Shown here one piece after another: positions 19,428 to 29,212 of a stretch of DNA of 64,000 bases. The notes under the pieces were generated by a model that saw only the letters and a program-made list of their open reading frames with translations, was not told the origin of the DNA and made no database searches. The position numbers and the translations under genes were made by a program. How positions within the stretch are numbered: the first letter of the stretch is position 1; the number at the start of each line of letters is the position of its first letter. The stretch is from a virus, in IMG/VR virus record IMGVR_UViG_3300025015_000010, positions 64,001 to 128,000 of that record; one strand, 5' to 3'.

Positions 19428-20600
19428 CTAAAGCCAGAGGCTTTGTGCCAACCGCAGCACACTCGGGTGGTTTACATCGCCCGTTGCAATATCGGCAGAC
19501 ATTGCAAGCCGTTCGTGATTCAACGCAGCGTTGACATCACTGTGCATTCGGCTAGCACACAGGAAACATTCAAAAAGGTGTTTAAGACGATGACCACGAC
19601 TGGAGCACTTAGAACACGTTTTGCTCGTGTACGCGGGGTTGACATAGATTATATACAACCCCGCTGCAAGAGCTTTGTACTCAATAAAAGTCTGAAGTTG
19701 TTTCCAGGCCCATCGATGGAGCCTCGTGCGCTCTCGTTTTCTAGCTTTGATCCTGTCTCGGATATGAGTCAAGTCTTCCATTGCGATGGCATTACAGCCA
19801 TGGGCAAGGGCCTCTTCGACAAGTTGCTTACTGACGACGTGATTCACATGGGTCATGTAACGACTTTCTCTGCCAGAGATCATGCTCAAGCGCTTTTTAG
19901 CGCCCTTACTACCGTTGGCTTGAAGACGTCTACGAAGACTCAAATAGCAATCACGGTCGTGTCTTACTTTGCCCCCTTGGAAAAGTTTACCAGAACTAGT
20001 TGCTGCCATGACATTTTCACCAAGGTCAATACCAAGAACCTTAAGTGTTTTAACTGGAACAATTTCTTTGTTCTCAAGTTCAAGGGCGAGATTAAAATAC
20101 CAAGTATTATTTCTACAGACAAGTTCGGCCTCTTTAGGCGTACCCGAGGCAAGATAGTCACTCTGAAACCTGGCTACGACCATAGGCACTTTAATGCGCC
20201 CAAGAATCGTGTACATCGAAAGCTCGGAACCTTTTATCGAGTACGTCCGTTTGTCATAATGTACGCTGCCGGTGGGTCTGAAGTTAATCGCAGGGATCGG
20301 TTTGTTCTTGGCAAACGGTTTTTTAGACACAAGATCGCTATAGCTTCCACAAACATTCTTTAGAGCATTGCATACCATTTGAGACCCTAGTTTTGATCGT
20401 TTACGTAAGTCATCATAGCTGAAATTATGGAGCCTAAAGTGATTCCAACAACGATTTTTAATTACAACAGGCACAATACTTTGACATGTCGATATAAACT
20501 CGGTCCTAGTGTCCAAGAGAGCCTGGGCCTGTCCACTTGTTGTGTCAAGTTTGATTGACACAGTTCTGAGTATTTTGTTCTTATTTTCGGTTTTTGACAT
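19428..20600 (-). CDS. tnpB: TnpB RNA-guided endonuclease
   Basis: GIDLG, MEDL, HSDVNAA, Zn ribbon. Confidence 0.93.
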   Translation of the reverse strand: MSKTENKNKILRTVSIKLDTTSGQAQALLDTRTEFISTCQSIVPVVIKNRCWNHFRLHNFSYDDLRKRSKLGSQMVCNALKNVCGSYSDLVSKKPFAKNKPIPAINFRPTGSVHYDKRTYSIKGSELSMYTILGRIKVPMVVARFQSDYLASGTPKEAELVCRNNTWYFNLALELENKEIVPVKTLKVLGIDLGENVMAATSSGKLFQGGKVRHDRDCYLSLRRRLQANGSKGAKKRLSMISGRESRYMTHVNHVVSKQLVEEALAHGCNAIAMEDLTHIRDRIKARKRERTRLHRWAWKQLQTFIEYKALAAGLYIIYVNPAYTSKTCSKCSSRGHRLKHLFECFLCASRMHSDVNAALNHERLAMSADIATGDVNHPSVLRLAQSLWL

Positions 20601-20991
20601 GCTCAAGCCTGTTAATATAGTTCTGGATTGTTTCTGCGCTAACACTGCCAGCAGTACCGACATAGTAAGATGGAGACCATAAGTGACCGCCCCACAGTTT
20701 GTTCTTGATCATCGGATGTTTCAGAAACAAGGATCTGGCTGTACGTCCTTTAAGGATTTGAATTGCACTGGCCACAGAAATCGCAGGAGGAATCGAAACG
20801 AACAAGTGAACATGATCCGGTTGAATTTCGATAGCAATAATTGGCCAGGCACACTCGTTGCAAATATTTCTGAGCAACGCTTCGAGACTGGTTGCTACAT
20901 CTTTGGTGAGAACTTGTTTTCTGTACTTAGGACACCATACAATGTGATATGCTGTTTGATAAGTGCAGTTGCGATTGCTTACGACATTCAT
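20581..20991 (-). CDS. tnpA: IS200 Y1 transposase
   Basis: YHIVWCPKYR, PDHVH, LWSPSYY. Confidence 0.95.
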   Translation of the reverse strand: MNVVSNRNCTYQTAYHIVWCPKYRKQVLTKDVATSLEALLRNICNECAWPIIAIEIQPDHVHLFVSIPPAISVASAIQILKGRTARSLFLKHPMIKNKLWGGHLWSPSYYVGTAGSVSAETIQNYINRLEHVKNRK

Positions 20992-21092
20992 TACCTTAAT
21001 TCTACACTATGTTTTGAATATTTTCAAGGTGATACCGTGTTGCTCGCCTTCCTCCCCTGGCTAAAGCCAGAGGTTTCCGGCGAGGTTTCGCT

Positions 21093-21488
21093 ATGAAAAT
21101 TATTACACATGCTTGGGACGATATTGACGACAGAGATAATCTTTTGAGTATAGTTAGTCAGGTTAGGGCAGATGCAGAACGTGAGTGGGTCACAAAAGAG
21201 TGCGATTCGGAAGGAAGTTGTATTATTTGTTCGGCTATGCTGGCCGATAAATTACGCGAGGCCGGGTTTACAGCCAGAGATGTTCACGGCGCCTATATGG
21301 CACCAAACAGGCTGTGGTTTAATGATAATAATGTGAGTAGGCATAATTTTCATGGCGCTCACCACTGGTTTGTAATAGTGGATGATTTCTACATCGTCGA
21401 TATAACGGCCGATCAGTTTCACAGAGGCGAAGATGGCTATGAGATTGTCATTTCGGACGTAAACGATTTTAAGCACTACGATTTTTAA
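21093..21488 (+). CDS. Papain/transglutaminase-like C-H-D protein
   Basis: GSC..CS, HHWF, IVDITADQF. Confidence 0.65.
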   Translation: MKIITHAWDDIDDRDNLLSIVSQVRADAEREWVTKECDSEGSCIICSAMLADKLREAGFTARDVHGAYMAPNRLWFNDNNVSRHNFHGAHHWFVIVDDFYIVDITADQFHRGEDGYEIVISDVNDFKHYDF

Positions 21489-21501
21489 TCTAGGAGAAAA
21501 A

Positions 21502-21894
21502 ATGTCAAACGGTTGGATCACTGAAGAAGATCATGCACTGCTATTAACAGTGTGTACAAGCTTGGCTAAGACATTCCATGGAAATATAGGCGAAGAGACC
21601 GAATTTAGATTCCGCCAACCCAATATTACTCGTTACATGCAGATAGATGAAGGGATCACACTGGGTGTTTCGTTGGCTGCCGACTCTCCAACTGAAGGTG
21701 ATATCGTTATCAAGTTTTGGATTACGCAGCGCGGAATCGACTACACTAAGTTTGGCCCGTCAGAGTTCGATCAGGCGCTAGAAGGTTGGTCGAGTTTACT
21801 GTACGCCCCAGACGTAAAGTCTGTGCCAGAAATGCGAAAAGACATTAAGGACTTTTTGAAGGAACTTCGCAGAGTGCGCAGAAGTTGGAAGTGA
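21502..21894 (+). CDS. Hypothetical protein
   Basis: AGGAG RBS. Confidence 0.7.
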   Translation: MSNGWITEEDHALLLTVCTSLAKTFHGNIGEETEFRFRQPNITRYMQIDEGITLGVSLAADSPTEGDIVIKFWITQRGIDYTKFGPSEFDQALEGWSSLLYAPDVKSVPEMRKDIKDFLKELRRVRRSWK

Positions 21895-21895
21895 A

Positions 21896-22351
21896 ATGAC
21901 CAAGTATTGGGGTCGTATGGGAGCTGGGGTGTTGTTTATGCACAAAAATAAAGTGCTTCTAACCCTGCGTAGCGACGAAGTCGAGCAGCCAGGTACGTGG
22001 GGAGTCCCAGGGGGAGCAGTGTCGCTAGATAGTTATGATGAGGTTTATACGCAGTCCAGCAGCGCAGGTAATATACAATTATCTGAAGACGCCATTTTTG
22101 ACTCTGCAATGCGTGAGTCGGCAGAGGAACTTGGAGCATTGCCAGACGACTACGAAGTGATGGATCATGTAGTTTACGCCGATCAGAAATTTCAGTATCA
22201 TACATTTTTCGTCGCAGTAGACATTAAGTGGCCGGTAACCCTGAATTGGGAAAATACCGATTATGGCTGGTTCAGTAAGAAGAAGTTACCTAGCCCACTG
22301 CATTTTGGAGTAGAGTACTTGATTGATCAGCGCCCAGAGTTTTTTCGATGA
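21896..22351 (+). CDS. Nudix hydrolase
   Basis: WGVPGG...AMRESAEELG, with an insertion in the Nudix box. Confidence 0.88.
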   Translation: MTKYWGRMGAGVLFMHKNKVLLTLRSDEVEQPGTWGVPGGAVSLDSYDEVYTQSSSAGNIQLSEDAIFDSAMRESAEELGALPDDYEVMDHVVYADQKFQYHTFFVAVDIKWPVTLNWENTDYGWFSKKKLPSPLHFGVEYLIDQRPEFFR

Positions 22352-22872
22352 TGACGCTAGAACAATTTGGAAGTTTTGAGCATGTATTCACGGACAGTTT
22401 TAGGCAAGCCGTGGAAGATATTGATGCCGCGCCTAGGCAAGACAGATATCCTTATGTATACACAGAGTTTATATCAGAAATTCGAGAGGCATTAAACCCC
22501 ATTTTCCATGTTGTTATTCCGGACGCTGTTTTAGATATATGGGTTCTTCTTTTCACCTCAGATGATAAGATAGGCGGTTGGGTAGAGTATACAGGTGGCG
22601 AACTAACATTGGCGCAGAATACGCATAGACCGAGAGCTAGATTTGTTGAGGTATTTTTCCACGAGGTTCAGCATTTGATTGATCTGTATCACGGCTACCC
22701 ATACATAGACTTAGCTGGATTTAGCCCAGAAACTGTAAGTGACGAGAGTTTGTATGTAAGTTCATCAAAAAAGTACAGAATGCAGTTAACTGAGCGCAGA
22801 GCTAGGCGAGCAGAGACAGGAATTGTACGCAAAGTATACAAGTACTATGTAAGGAACAGTTTTCCATCATGA
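22348..22872 (+). CDS. Zincin-like metallopeptidase
   Basis: FFHEVQHLID...ERRA. Tandem paralog of 22869. Confidence 0.72.
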   Translation: MMTLEQFGSFEHVFTDSFRQAVEDIDAAPRQDRYPYVYTEFISEIREALNPIFHVVIPDAVLDIWVLLFTSDDKIGGWVEYTGGELTLAQNTHRPRARFVEVFFHEVQHLIDLYHGYPYIDLAGFSPETVSDESLYVSSSKKYRMQLTERRARRAETGIVRKVYKYYVRNSFPS

Positions 22873-23372
22873 TGACGCTAGAGCGGTTCAGTTATTTTAC
22901 TAATGTATTTACGCCAGAATTTCAGACTGCTGTTCATAAAGGTGCATTCAACGGGTCTAAGTACAGTTATTACTATACTGCTGTGGCCGAGCCCGTGATG
23001 ACAGTGCGAGAAGCTTTAACCGGCTGGTTTCATGCAGTAATACCGGACGAAGTTTTAGATATTATGGTTTGGTTTGAGCCAGACAGGTATGATGGCAACG
23101 GAAATATAAGATATCATAATGGTGAGTTAGTTATGGGATATAAACCCAGCATGCGTCCTTTCGATCTTGTCAGAGTGTTCTTTCACGAGATTAAGCACTT
23201 GATCGATGTGTATAATGGTTATCCCTATGTGGATCTTGGCGGGTATAGAGAAAGTTTTGGTAAAGAGACACAAGAGGAAGAATGGGACTTGCTATGGGAG
23301 CGTCGAGCTAGGTATGCAGAAACAGCTTTGATCAAACAAGCATATAGACTATGCCAGAAAGGTCTGAGATGA
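22869..23372 (+). CDS. Zincin-like metallopeptidase
   Basis: FFHEIKHLID...ERRA. Confidence 0.72.
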   Translation: MMTLERFSYFTNVFTPEFQTAVHKGAFNGSKYSYYYTAVAEPVMTVREALTGWFHAVIPDEVLDIMVWFEPDRYDGNGNIRYHNGELVMGYKPSMRPFDLVRVFFHEIKHLIDVYNGYPYVDLGGYRESFGKETQEEEWDLLWERRARYAETALIKQAYRLCQKGLR

Positions 23373-23727
23373 AAATAAATCCAACACCGACAATCTACAA
23401 ACCGACGGACAAGCCCAAGGAAGACTTAAAAGAAAAGCCGTGCAAGAAACCATCGAGTTTCTTCAAGGCTTTGCAAAAAGAAATCAAGAAAGGCAGGAAG
23501 TAATGGACGCTAGAAAAGACGTTCAAAATGCGCGCGACGCCGTTCAGTATGCTGCATCTGTATGGACTCGGCTGGCTTTAAGTGCCTAGTCATGAAGACG
23601 GAGGTGTGGCAGAAAATATATCTGATCTACTTACAGAGGCTTTGAGGTTAGTTCGATTGGCGTCGTCTAGGGCTAATGGTCTTGCTAAAGTTAATTACGA
23701 TCCAGATTTACTGTTTCCGGATTAAAT

Positions 23728-24111
23728 ATGGACGTTCCTGCATATCTATACCACGGTACTTTTAGGAGCCTTGTGCCAAGTATTTTGGAGCATGGCTTGT
23801 TAGCTGTGCCGAAAGATTGGCGTATATGGCCTAATTTTTCTAAAGAAGATTCTGTATATCTGGCCGATAATTACAGGTCAGCATTGGAATGGGCAAGAGA
23901 CGGACTTGGGCAAATCGAGTTAGCCCTAACGGATGGCACAGACTCTTTCGGCTATGGCACCGGATTGATGCTGAACGTCTTGAGGATAGAAACGAGAGGC
24001 TTGTATTTGTGGCTGCTGATAGAAGAAGCGCCAGTTAAATGGGGTGAGTACGGTAGAGAATACAGATATCGCGGCGATATTCCTCCAGAATTAATCACCG
24101 TACTGGATTAA
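23728..24111 (+). CDS. ART-fold protein (YHGT)
   Basis: YLYHGT..SILEHGL, VYLA, EYRYRGDIPP. Paralog of 26253. Confidence 0.72.
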   Translation: MDVPAYLYHGTFRSLVPSILEHGLLAVPKDWRIWPNFSKEDSVYLADNYRSALEWARDGLGQIELALTDGTDSFGYGTGLMLNVLRIETRGLYLWLLIEEAPVKWGEYGREYRYRGDIPPELITVLD

Positions 24112-24115
24112 ACAA

Positions 24116-24478
24116 ATGGAAGATCCTAATAGCAGCCTAGCAGACTTGATAAAAGAACAGTATCGCAAAGGTGTGATTATTGTTAGTAAGTTGGCTATAG
24201 GCACTAAACTCGAAGTTAAAACAACGAATGCAGTCTACCAAATCGAAGTAGTCGATCCGAAGAAACAGAAGCTGCGAATCCAAGGGGGATCGCAGTTCGC
24301 TAAGGTTACAGATGCTGAGCTAACTGGCTCGACATGGGGCGGGTCAGCTTTATGGGCTGATCGGATCGGCCGAGATATGTATATGGAATTATTCGCCAGA
24401 GGGATAGCACTCGCAACGCTGCAAGTCGAGAGTGTTGTAATCAAGGGCGATAAATGGGAATACGCAATGGAGTGGTGA
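24116..24478 (+). CDS. Hypothetical phage protein
   Basis: Operon ORF (GSTWGGS motif). Confidence 0.65.
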   Translation: MEDPNSSLADLIKEQYRKGVIIVSKLAIGTKLEVKTTNAVYQIEVVDPKKQKLRIQGGSQFAKVTDAELTGSTWGGSALWADRIGRDMYMELFARGIALATLQVESVVIKGDKWEYAMEW

Positions 24479-24500
24479 TTATTGTGGACAAAATAAATAT

Positions 24501-25673
24501 ATGATATTAGGACACAAAATCAGGCTGGACCCTACATGCAGGCAAGTTAAGTTATTTAACCGAGCTTGCGGCGTTGCACGTTTCACATATAACTGGGCAT
24601 TGGCCGAGTGGAATAAACAGTACGATGCCGGTCAGAAGCCAAGCATATCTAATCTTATAAAACAATGGAATAAGATTAAGGGCGCGGAGTTTCCTTGGGT
24701 TTATGATTCACCTAAAGGCGCTAATCAGAGACCATTCACTTGTCTGAGGGCTGCGTTCTCCGGGTTCTTTAAGAAGCAGACAAAATACCCAAAGTTCAAG
24801 AAGAAATTTGTTCACGACTCATTTTATGTCGAAAATGATAAGTTCCATTTTATTGGCGATGCCCACGTACGTTTGCCTAAAATCGGCACGGTAAAAACTT
24901 GTGAGAAGTTACGTTTTACGGGTAAGATTATGGGCGCAGTAGTGTCTAGAATCGCAGATCGCTGGTTTATTGCAGTCCAAGTCGATGTTGGCGACTACCA
25001 TAAACCCAGAACCGGCAATGGCATAGCAGGTACAGATTTGGGGCTTATCACAGCAGCTACGATTGCTGTTAGTGATACGAAAACGATCAAGATAAAATCG
25101 CCGAAGCCGCTAAAGAAAGCATTATCAAAGCTTAGACGAATTAACCGGAAATTTTCAAGACAACAGAAAGGATCAAAACGCCGAGAAAAGACCCGGCGCA
25201 GACTGGCTAGACTGCATTTTCGAGTCAGTAACATTCGTAGAGATTTTACACAGAAGCTTACAACTCGACTCTGCCGCGAGAACCAAGTGGTAGTTATTGA
25301 GGATTTGAACGTGAAAGGCATGCTTAGCAACCATTGTCTTGCGCGTTCTTTGAATGACATTGGATTCTCTGAAATCAGACGCGAGCTTGGCTACAAGAAT
25401 CCAATCTATGATATGCAACTCGTTGTTGCAGATCGCTGGTTTCCGTCTTCAAGACAGTGTAGAATGTGTCTACATGTCAACAAAAATCTTGCACTCAGGG
25501 ATCGTATCTTTGTGTGTCCGAAGTGTAATCATACAGAAGACAGAGACGATCAGGCAGCATATAATTTACGTACCCTCGGCTTGAGGGAAATTCACGCTCA
25601 GGGAGAGGCCATGGCTTCGAGCACCCTCGACGAACTGAGAACTAACCCGTACTCACAAATGAGTACAATTTAG
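24501..25673 (+). CDS. tnpB: Solo TnpB (IS607-associated type), no transposase
   Basis: MILGHKIRLDP HTH, GTDLG, IEDL, DRD. 3' hairpin GTACTCA-CAAA-TGAGTAC, probable right end at ~25680. Confidence 0.9.
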   Translation: MILGHKIRLDPTCRQVKLFNRACGVARFTYNWALAEWNKQYDAGQKPSISNLIKQWNKIKGAEFPWVYDSPKGANQRPFTCLRAAFSGFFKKQTKYPKFKKKFVHDSFYVENDKFHFIGDAHVRLPKIGTVKTCEKLRFTGKIMGAVVSRIADRWFIAVQVDVGDYHKPRTGNGIAGTDLGLITAATIAVSDTKTIKIKSPKPLKKALSKLRRINRKFSRQQKGSKRREKTRRRLARLHFRVSNIRRDFTQKLTTRLCRENQVVVIEDLNVKGMLSNHCLARSLNDIGFSEIRRELGYKNPIYDMQLVVADRWFPSSRQCRMCLHVNKNLALRDRIFVCPKCNHTEDRDDQAAYNLRTLGLREIHAQGEAMASSTLDELRTNPYSQMSTI

Positions 25674-25699
25674 AGAGCAGTATAGGATGGAATGGTGAT

Positions 25700-26266
25700 A
25701 TGCATCTCATAAACACTGTCCCTGTTGAAGGTCATCCAGAGCTAAAGCTAGCTTTGTGGGTAAGAATGTTTTATGGCGAAGTTGCGTACAAGGATTTTCC
25801 AGGTACTATCGAAGTAGGTTCCGCAAGATTTGCACTGTTGCCTAAACGAATAGATAGACGGGCTATTGAGCGGTCAAATGGCTCTCAAATGATATCGGAG
25901 GTGGGTCATATTGGCATCGGTTTGTTCAGGCCAGTATATTCGAGTTATCGAAAAATGCTAGACAGTTTTGATTACGAGCACGAACTTTTTGCGATGGTGA
26001 AATATGCAGAAATTACCGACCCAGAAGCACGCAAACACGGTTTGGGCTCTGCCATGTACATTACGGCTGTACGAGAACTTGGTGTGTTATTAGCCGATAC
26101 GACCTGGAGTGAAGGTGCCGAAAAGCTGTGGGAAAAATTACACACTAGGCACAAGTGTGTGTCGGTCGAGACTTGGGACCAGATATTTTTGACGCCTATA
26201 GCCATATGGAATTGTAGTAAATCAAGGCAGAATAAGTTTTGGAGGCAGGTCGATGAAATTGCCTGA
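25700..26266 (+). CDS. GNAT-like protein
   Basis: ARKHGLGSAMY, SEGAEKLWEKL. Confidence 0.7.
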   Translation: MHLINTVPVEGHPELKLALWVRMFYGEVAYKDFPGTIEVGSARFALLPKRIDRRAIERSNGSQMISEVGHIGIGLFRPVYSSYRKMLDSFDYEHELFAMVKYAEITDPEARKHGLGSAMYITAVRELGVLLADTTWSEGAEKLWEKLHTRHKCVSVETWDQIFLTPIAIWNCSKSRQNKFWRQVDEIA

Positions 26267-26609
26267 ATATCTCTATCACGGTACGTACAGTACACTGGTC
26301 GAACATATTATGGCTAACGGTTTGATCCGTGTGCCCAGGGATTGGCGAATCTGGCCGAGTCATGCCGAGATCGAGTGTGTCTATTTGACTAGTGATCCAC
26401 ACAATGCGCTGCACTGGGCGCTCCAGGGACTCGATAAACTTGATTATATGGATAACTATCGCAGTAAATACAATATTCTGCCAGTAGCGCTTCAAATTAA
26501 TAAGGCAGGCATAAACATGGATTTGTTATTAGAAGATACCAACATGAGTAACAAACAAGATTTTTGCTACGCGGGTGACATTGAGCCGATGTGGATCGAG
26601 GTAGTTTGA
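26253..26609 (+). CDS. ART-fold protein (YHGT)
   Basis: YLYHGT, VYLTSD, YAGDIEP. Confidence 0.72.
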   Translation: MKLPEYLYHGTYSTLVEHIMANGLIRVPRDWRIWPSHAEIECVYLTSDPHNALHWALQGLDKLDYMDNYRSKYNILPVALQINKAGINMDLLLEDTNMSNKQDFCYAGDIEPMWIEVV

Positions 26610-27316
26610 TGGGCAGAATAATTGCAATTCATGACGTGGCATATAATAAACAGAGTGTGTCTAATAAGCTGATTCGTCAGATACTAGATTATGGCTCGTT
26701 ATTGCCAGCATCGATGCGGGATCGTTGGAAGCAGATTGGCGCGTTCGATTATTTAGCCGGTGACGCTGATTACGTATTTTTGTCTTTGTATGACGGGCTC
26801 GATGACTCCGAGTACGGTATTGGATTTAATAAGTCGGCATTTTGGTTTGATGCCGAGCACTTGATCAAGCTAGGCGCAATAGTTAGAGACTATGATCTGT
26901 TAGATGATTACTTCATTGTAGCCGAAGACGCCGCGCTTGAAATTATCAATTTCGACGTCACAGGTAATCGATATAAAAACATTGAAGACCACGTAGATGT
27001 CTTAGACCTGATACAATGCGCCGTGATGCACAACATAAATAGTAGGCTTGATCCTAAGGCTTTGGTTGATTATTCCGGTAAACAAGCATATCCATGGTAT
27101 AAGAAACTCGCCAAAGATGGCTTGATATCTCCAATGCTAGATGCCGTTCACTGTGCGCTAGTAGAATATAAAAAGCAGTATAATCACGTAGGTAAAGATG
27201 CAATTAGAGAGCTACATAATGCAATGGACCATGCCACAGGCACAGAAATCTTATGGCACGGTCCACTTCCGCTGTTATATGCTCTTCCAGAATCCCCTGC
27301 TTTTCGGGTGAAGTGA
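26609..27316 (+). CDS. DarT-like ART paralog 2
   Basis: AIH, GSLLP, DYLAGDADYVFL, FWFDA, EILWHGPLP. Confidence 0.6.
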   Translation: MGRIIAIHDVAYNKQSVSNKLIRQILDYGSLLPASMRDRWKQIGAFDYLAGDADYVFLSLYDGLDDSEYGIGFNKSAFWFDAEHLIKLGAIVRDYDLLDDYFIVAEDAALEIINFDVTGNRYKNIEDHVDVLDLIQCAVMHNINSRLDPKALVDYSGKQAYPWYKKLAKDGLISPMLDAVHCALVEYKKQYNHVGKDAIRELHNAMDHATGTEILWHGPLPLLYALPESPAFRVK

Positions 27317-27927
27317 TGTATGCAGTCCACAGCATAACTTACCATAGAAACTCAGATCCAGACGAGATCATTCATCAGATTCTTGCCACGGGTAAACTAT
27401 TGCCGCTCGCAGATCGTCTGCCAGTAGACGAGACAGGTATGCAGCCCGTTGATGTGTTTGCCGGGGATCATTATTTTGTTTTCCTTCGAGTTCGAGATTC
27501 TTGGCCTAACCAGTCTTCGGCATTTGTATTCGATGCCGAAGATTTGATAGCGCGTGGAGCAGCCTTTAGAAAAAGCGATCTGTTGCTGAGTTATTGGGCA
27601 GAAGCAAAGTCAGTAATAGACGAATTTAGATTGATAGATGCTTTTAATGCTACCGAGTGCGGTATATTACAAGACTTGATGCACTACGTCGATGATAAGT
27701 TTGAAGAACCATATATGCGTTATTATGGGGATTCCCAGGCCCGTACTGTGGTAAGGATATTGCAAGCTAGGCTGGGTCAGATTGCCGAAGAAGGTACATA
27801 CTACGGTAAAGAGGCCCTGAGATTGCTGTCCGACCCAAATTCTAGGTCAGGATATAGCGAGTTAGTCTGGCGAGGTCCGCTGCCAATTAGTTTAGCACTT
27901 CCAGAATCACCTGTGTTTCAAAGGTAA
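27316..27927 (+). CDS. DarT-like ART paralog 3
   Basis: AVH, GKLLP, DVFAGDHYFVFL, FVFDA, ELVWRGPLP. Confidence 0.6.
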   Translation: MYAVHSITYHRNSDPDEIIHQILATGKLLPLADRLPVDETGMQPVDVFAGDHYFVFLRVRDSWPNQSSAFVFDAEDLIARGAAFRKSDLLLSYWAEAKSVIDEFRLIDAFNATECGILQDLMHYVDDKFEEPYMRYYGDSQARTVVRILQARLGQIAEEGTYYGKEALRLLSDPNSRSGYSELVWRGPLPISLALPESPVFQR

Positions 27928-27930
27928 ACT

Positions 27931-28452
27931 ATGAGCATAACATTCTATGCATCAGAAGCAAAATATCATTATCAGCGCATACTTTGTACTTCACCAGAAA
28001 TGGGCCTGACATGTACCCCGTCAAGTCGTTGTGGATATTGTGAGGATGGTTGGACGGAAGAACCTGTGTACGAAATTGAGCCACTGAATTTGTCCAATAG
28101 AAATGCCAAGCAAATTATGACTATTTTGGGTCTACCAAGCACAGACGAAGGATCTATAGATAATTCAGATTTAGATCATCTGAAAAGGCGGATCGACTAC
28201 TTGACGTCCGATAAACGGTCTCTGGTTCATCAAGGCGGCTATGATGAGTTGATGCGTTACGCTTTCGATACTGTAGACTATCGAGATATAGATTTAGAAG
28301 AAGATATGTTTGGACAAGTAGTAGCGACCCCGATTGGTCCACGTGTTATTGATGTAGGCATGAGTTACGAATATCTTGTACGCAGGTTGTTAGAACTGCG
28401 CGATTTGTTTGATCAAGCTTGGCGATCTGGTTATTCGATAGGTTGGTACTAA
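27931..28452 (+). CDS. Hypothetical protein with Cys cluster
   Basis: Operon ORF. Confidence 0.65.
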   Translation: MSITFYASEAKYHYQRILCTSPEMGLTCTPSSRCGYCEDGWTEEPVYEIEPLNLSNRNAKQIMTILGLPSTDEGSIDNSDLDHLKRRIDYLTSDKRSLVHQGGYDELMRYAFDTVDYRDIDLEEDMFGQVVATPIGPRVIDVGMSYEYLVRRLLELRDLFDQAWRSGYSIGWY

Positions 28453-28453
28453 G

Positions 28454-29212
28454 GTGGCCAAAAAATCACATTTACGTAAGCACAGTCCGAAAGCCGCTTG
28501 GGACATACAATCCTGGCTGGCAAGTTATCTAAATACAGACGTGGATATCTATGATTTTTCGTGGACTATCCGTGAGTTCTTAGCAGATCAAGAAATTGAG
28601 TCCGATGCTGAGTATGTTGAAGATTTGACTGAGCAACAGCAGGTCGAATTCAAAGATTGGCTGTTGAGGGATAGTAAAATAGACAACATCTGTCAGGGTC
28701 AAGAAGTAGACTGTCCATCATATTTAATGTTCAGGGACGCTCGGGTACTCCCTAAAGGTACTTGGCTAGTACATTTTTCTAGCAAGTATTTTAGCCAGTT
28801 TAAGTACGGTTCAAACTATGAGCGGTTGCATCTGTCAACATGGTTCATTAAAAAGCATAAAGTTAAGTCTAACAATCTCAGTGATGAAATTGGTGCTGCT
28901 GAAGTAGTATTCGGTTTTGCTTTTGATACGGATCAGATGAATCGTATTATATGTCATGGTCACAGGTTTGGTAAGCACGTTAAGCTATTCCAATGTGATA
29001 TGGCAGTAGAAGCATACCATACTAGCGACGGCTATAGACAGGTTATTTTCCCTCTTGGCAGTGAGTATAACGTGATTGATCTATCCGAGGTATATAGTAA
29101 TGGCAACATTGATGTTGAGTTAAGTGGCGGCGACGTAATCAGGGTAGACAGTGTCTCAGAAGTTATTGATCTAGCAGCACATGGCAGAATCGAAGTGAGT
29201 AATTACACATGA
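28454..29212 (+). CDS. Acidic protein with possible C-terminal ART fold
   Basis: WLVHFS...FGFAF...QVIF pattern. Confidence 0.45.
   Translation: MAKKSHLRKHSPKAAWDIQSWLASYLNTDVDIYDFSWTIREFLADQEIESDAEYVEDLTEQQQVEFKDWLLRDSKIDNICQGQEVDCPSYLMFRDARVLPKGTWLVHFSSKYFSQFKYGSNYERLHLSTWFIKKHKVKSNNLSDEIGAAEVVFGFAFDTDQMNRIICHGHRFGKHVKLFQCDMAVEAYHTSDGYRQVIFPLGSEYNVIDLSEVYSNGNIDVELSGGDVIRVDSVSEVIDLAAHGRIEVSNYT

Larger units (their letters stand above)
19413..21092 (-). mobile_element. IS200/IS605-family element (tandem tnpA-tnpB), intact
   Basis: Identical hairpin CCCCTGGCTAAAGCCAGAGG at both ends. Follows TTCAT on the minus strand and ends in TTTAC. Confidence 0.92.

Noticed and set aside
19443-20363. 306-aa plus-strand ORF
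   Set aside because: Antisense shadow of tnpB, no motifs.
24479-25680. IStron (group I intron plus TnpB), suggested by the CAG end
   Set aside because: Only 22 nt upstream of tnpB, so no room for an intron core, and no interrupted host gene.
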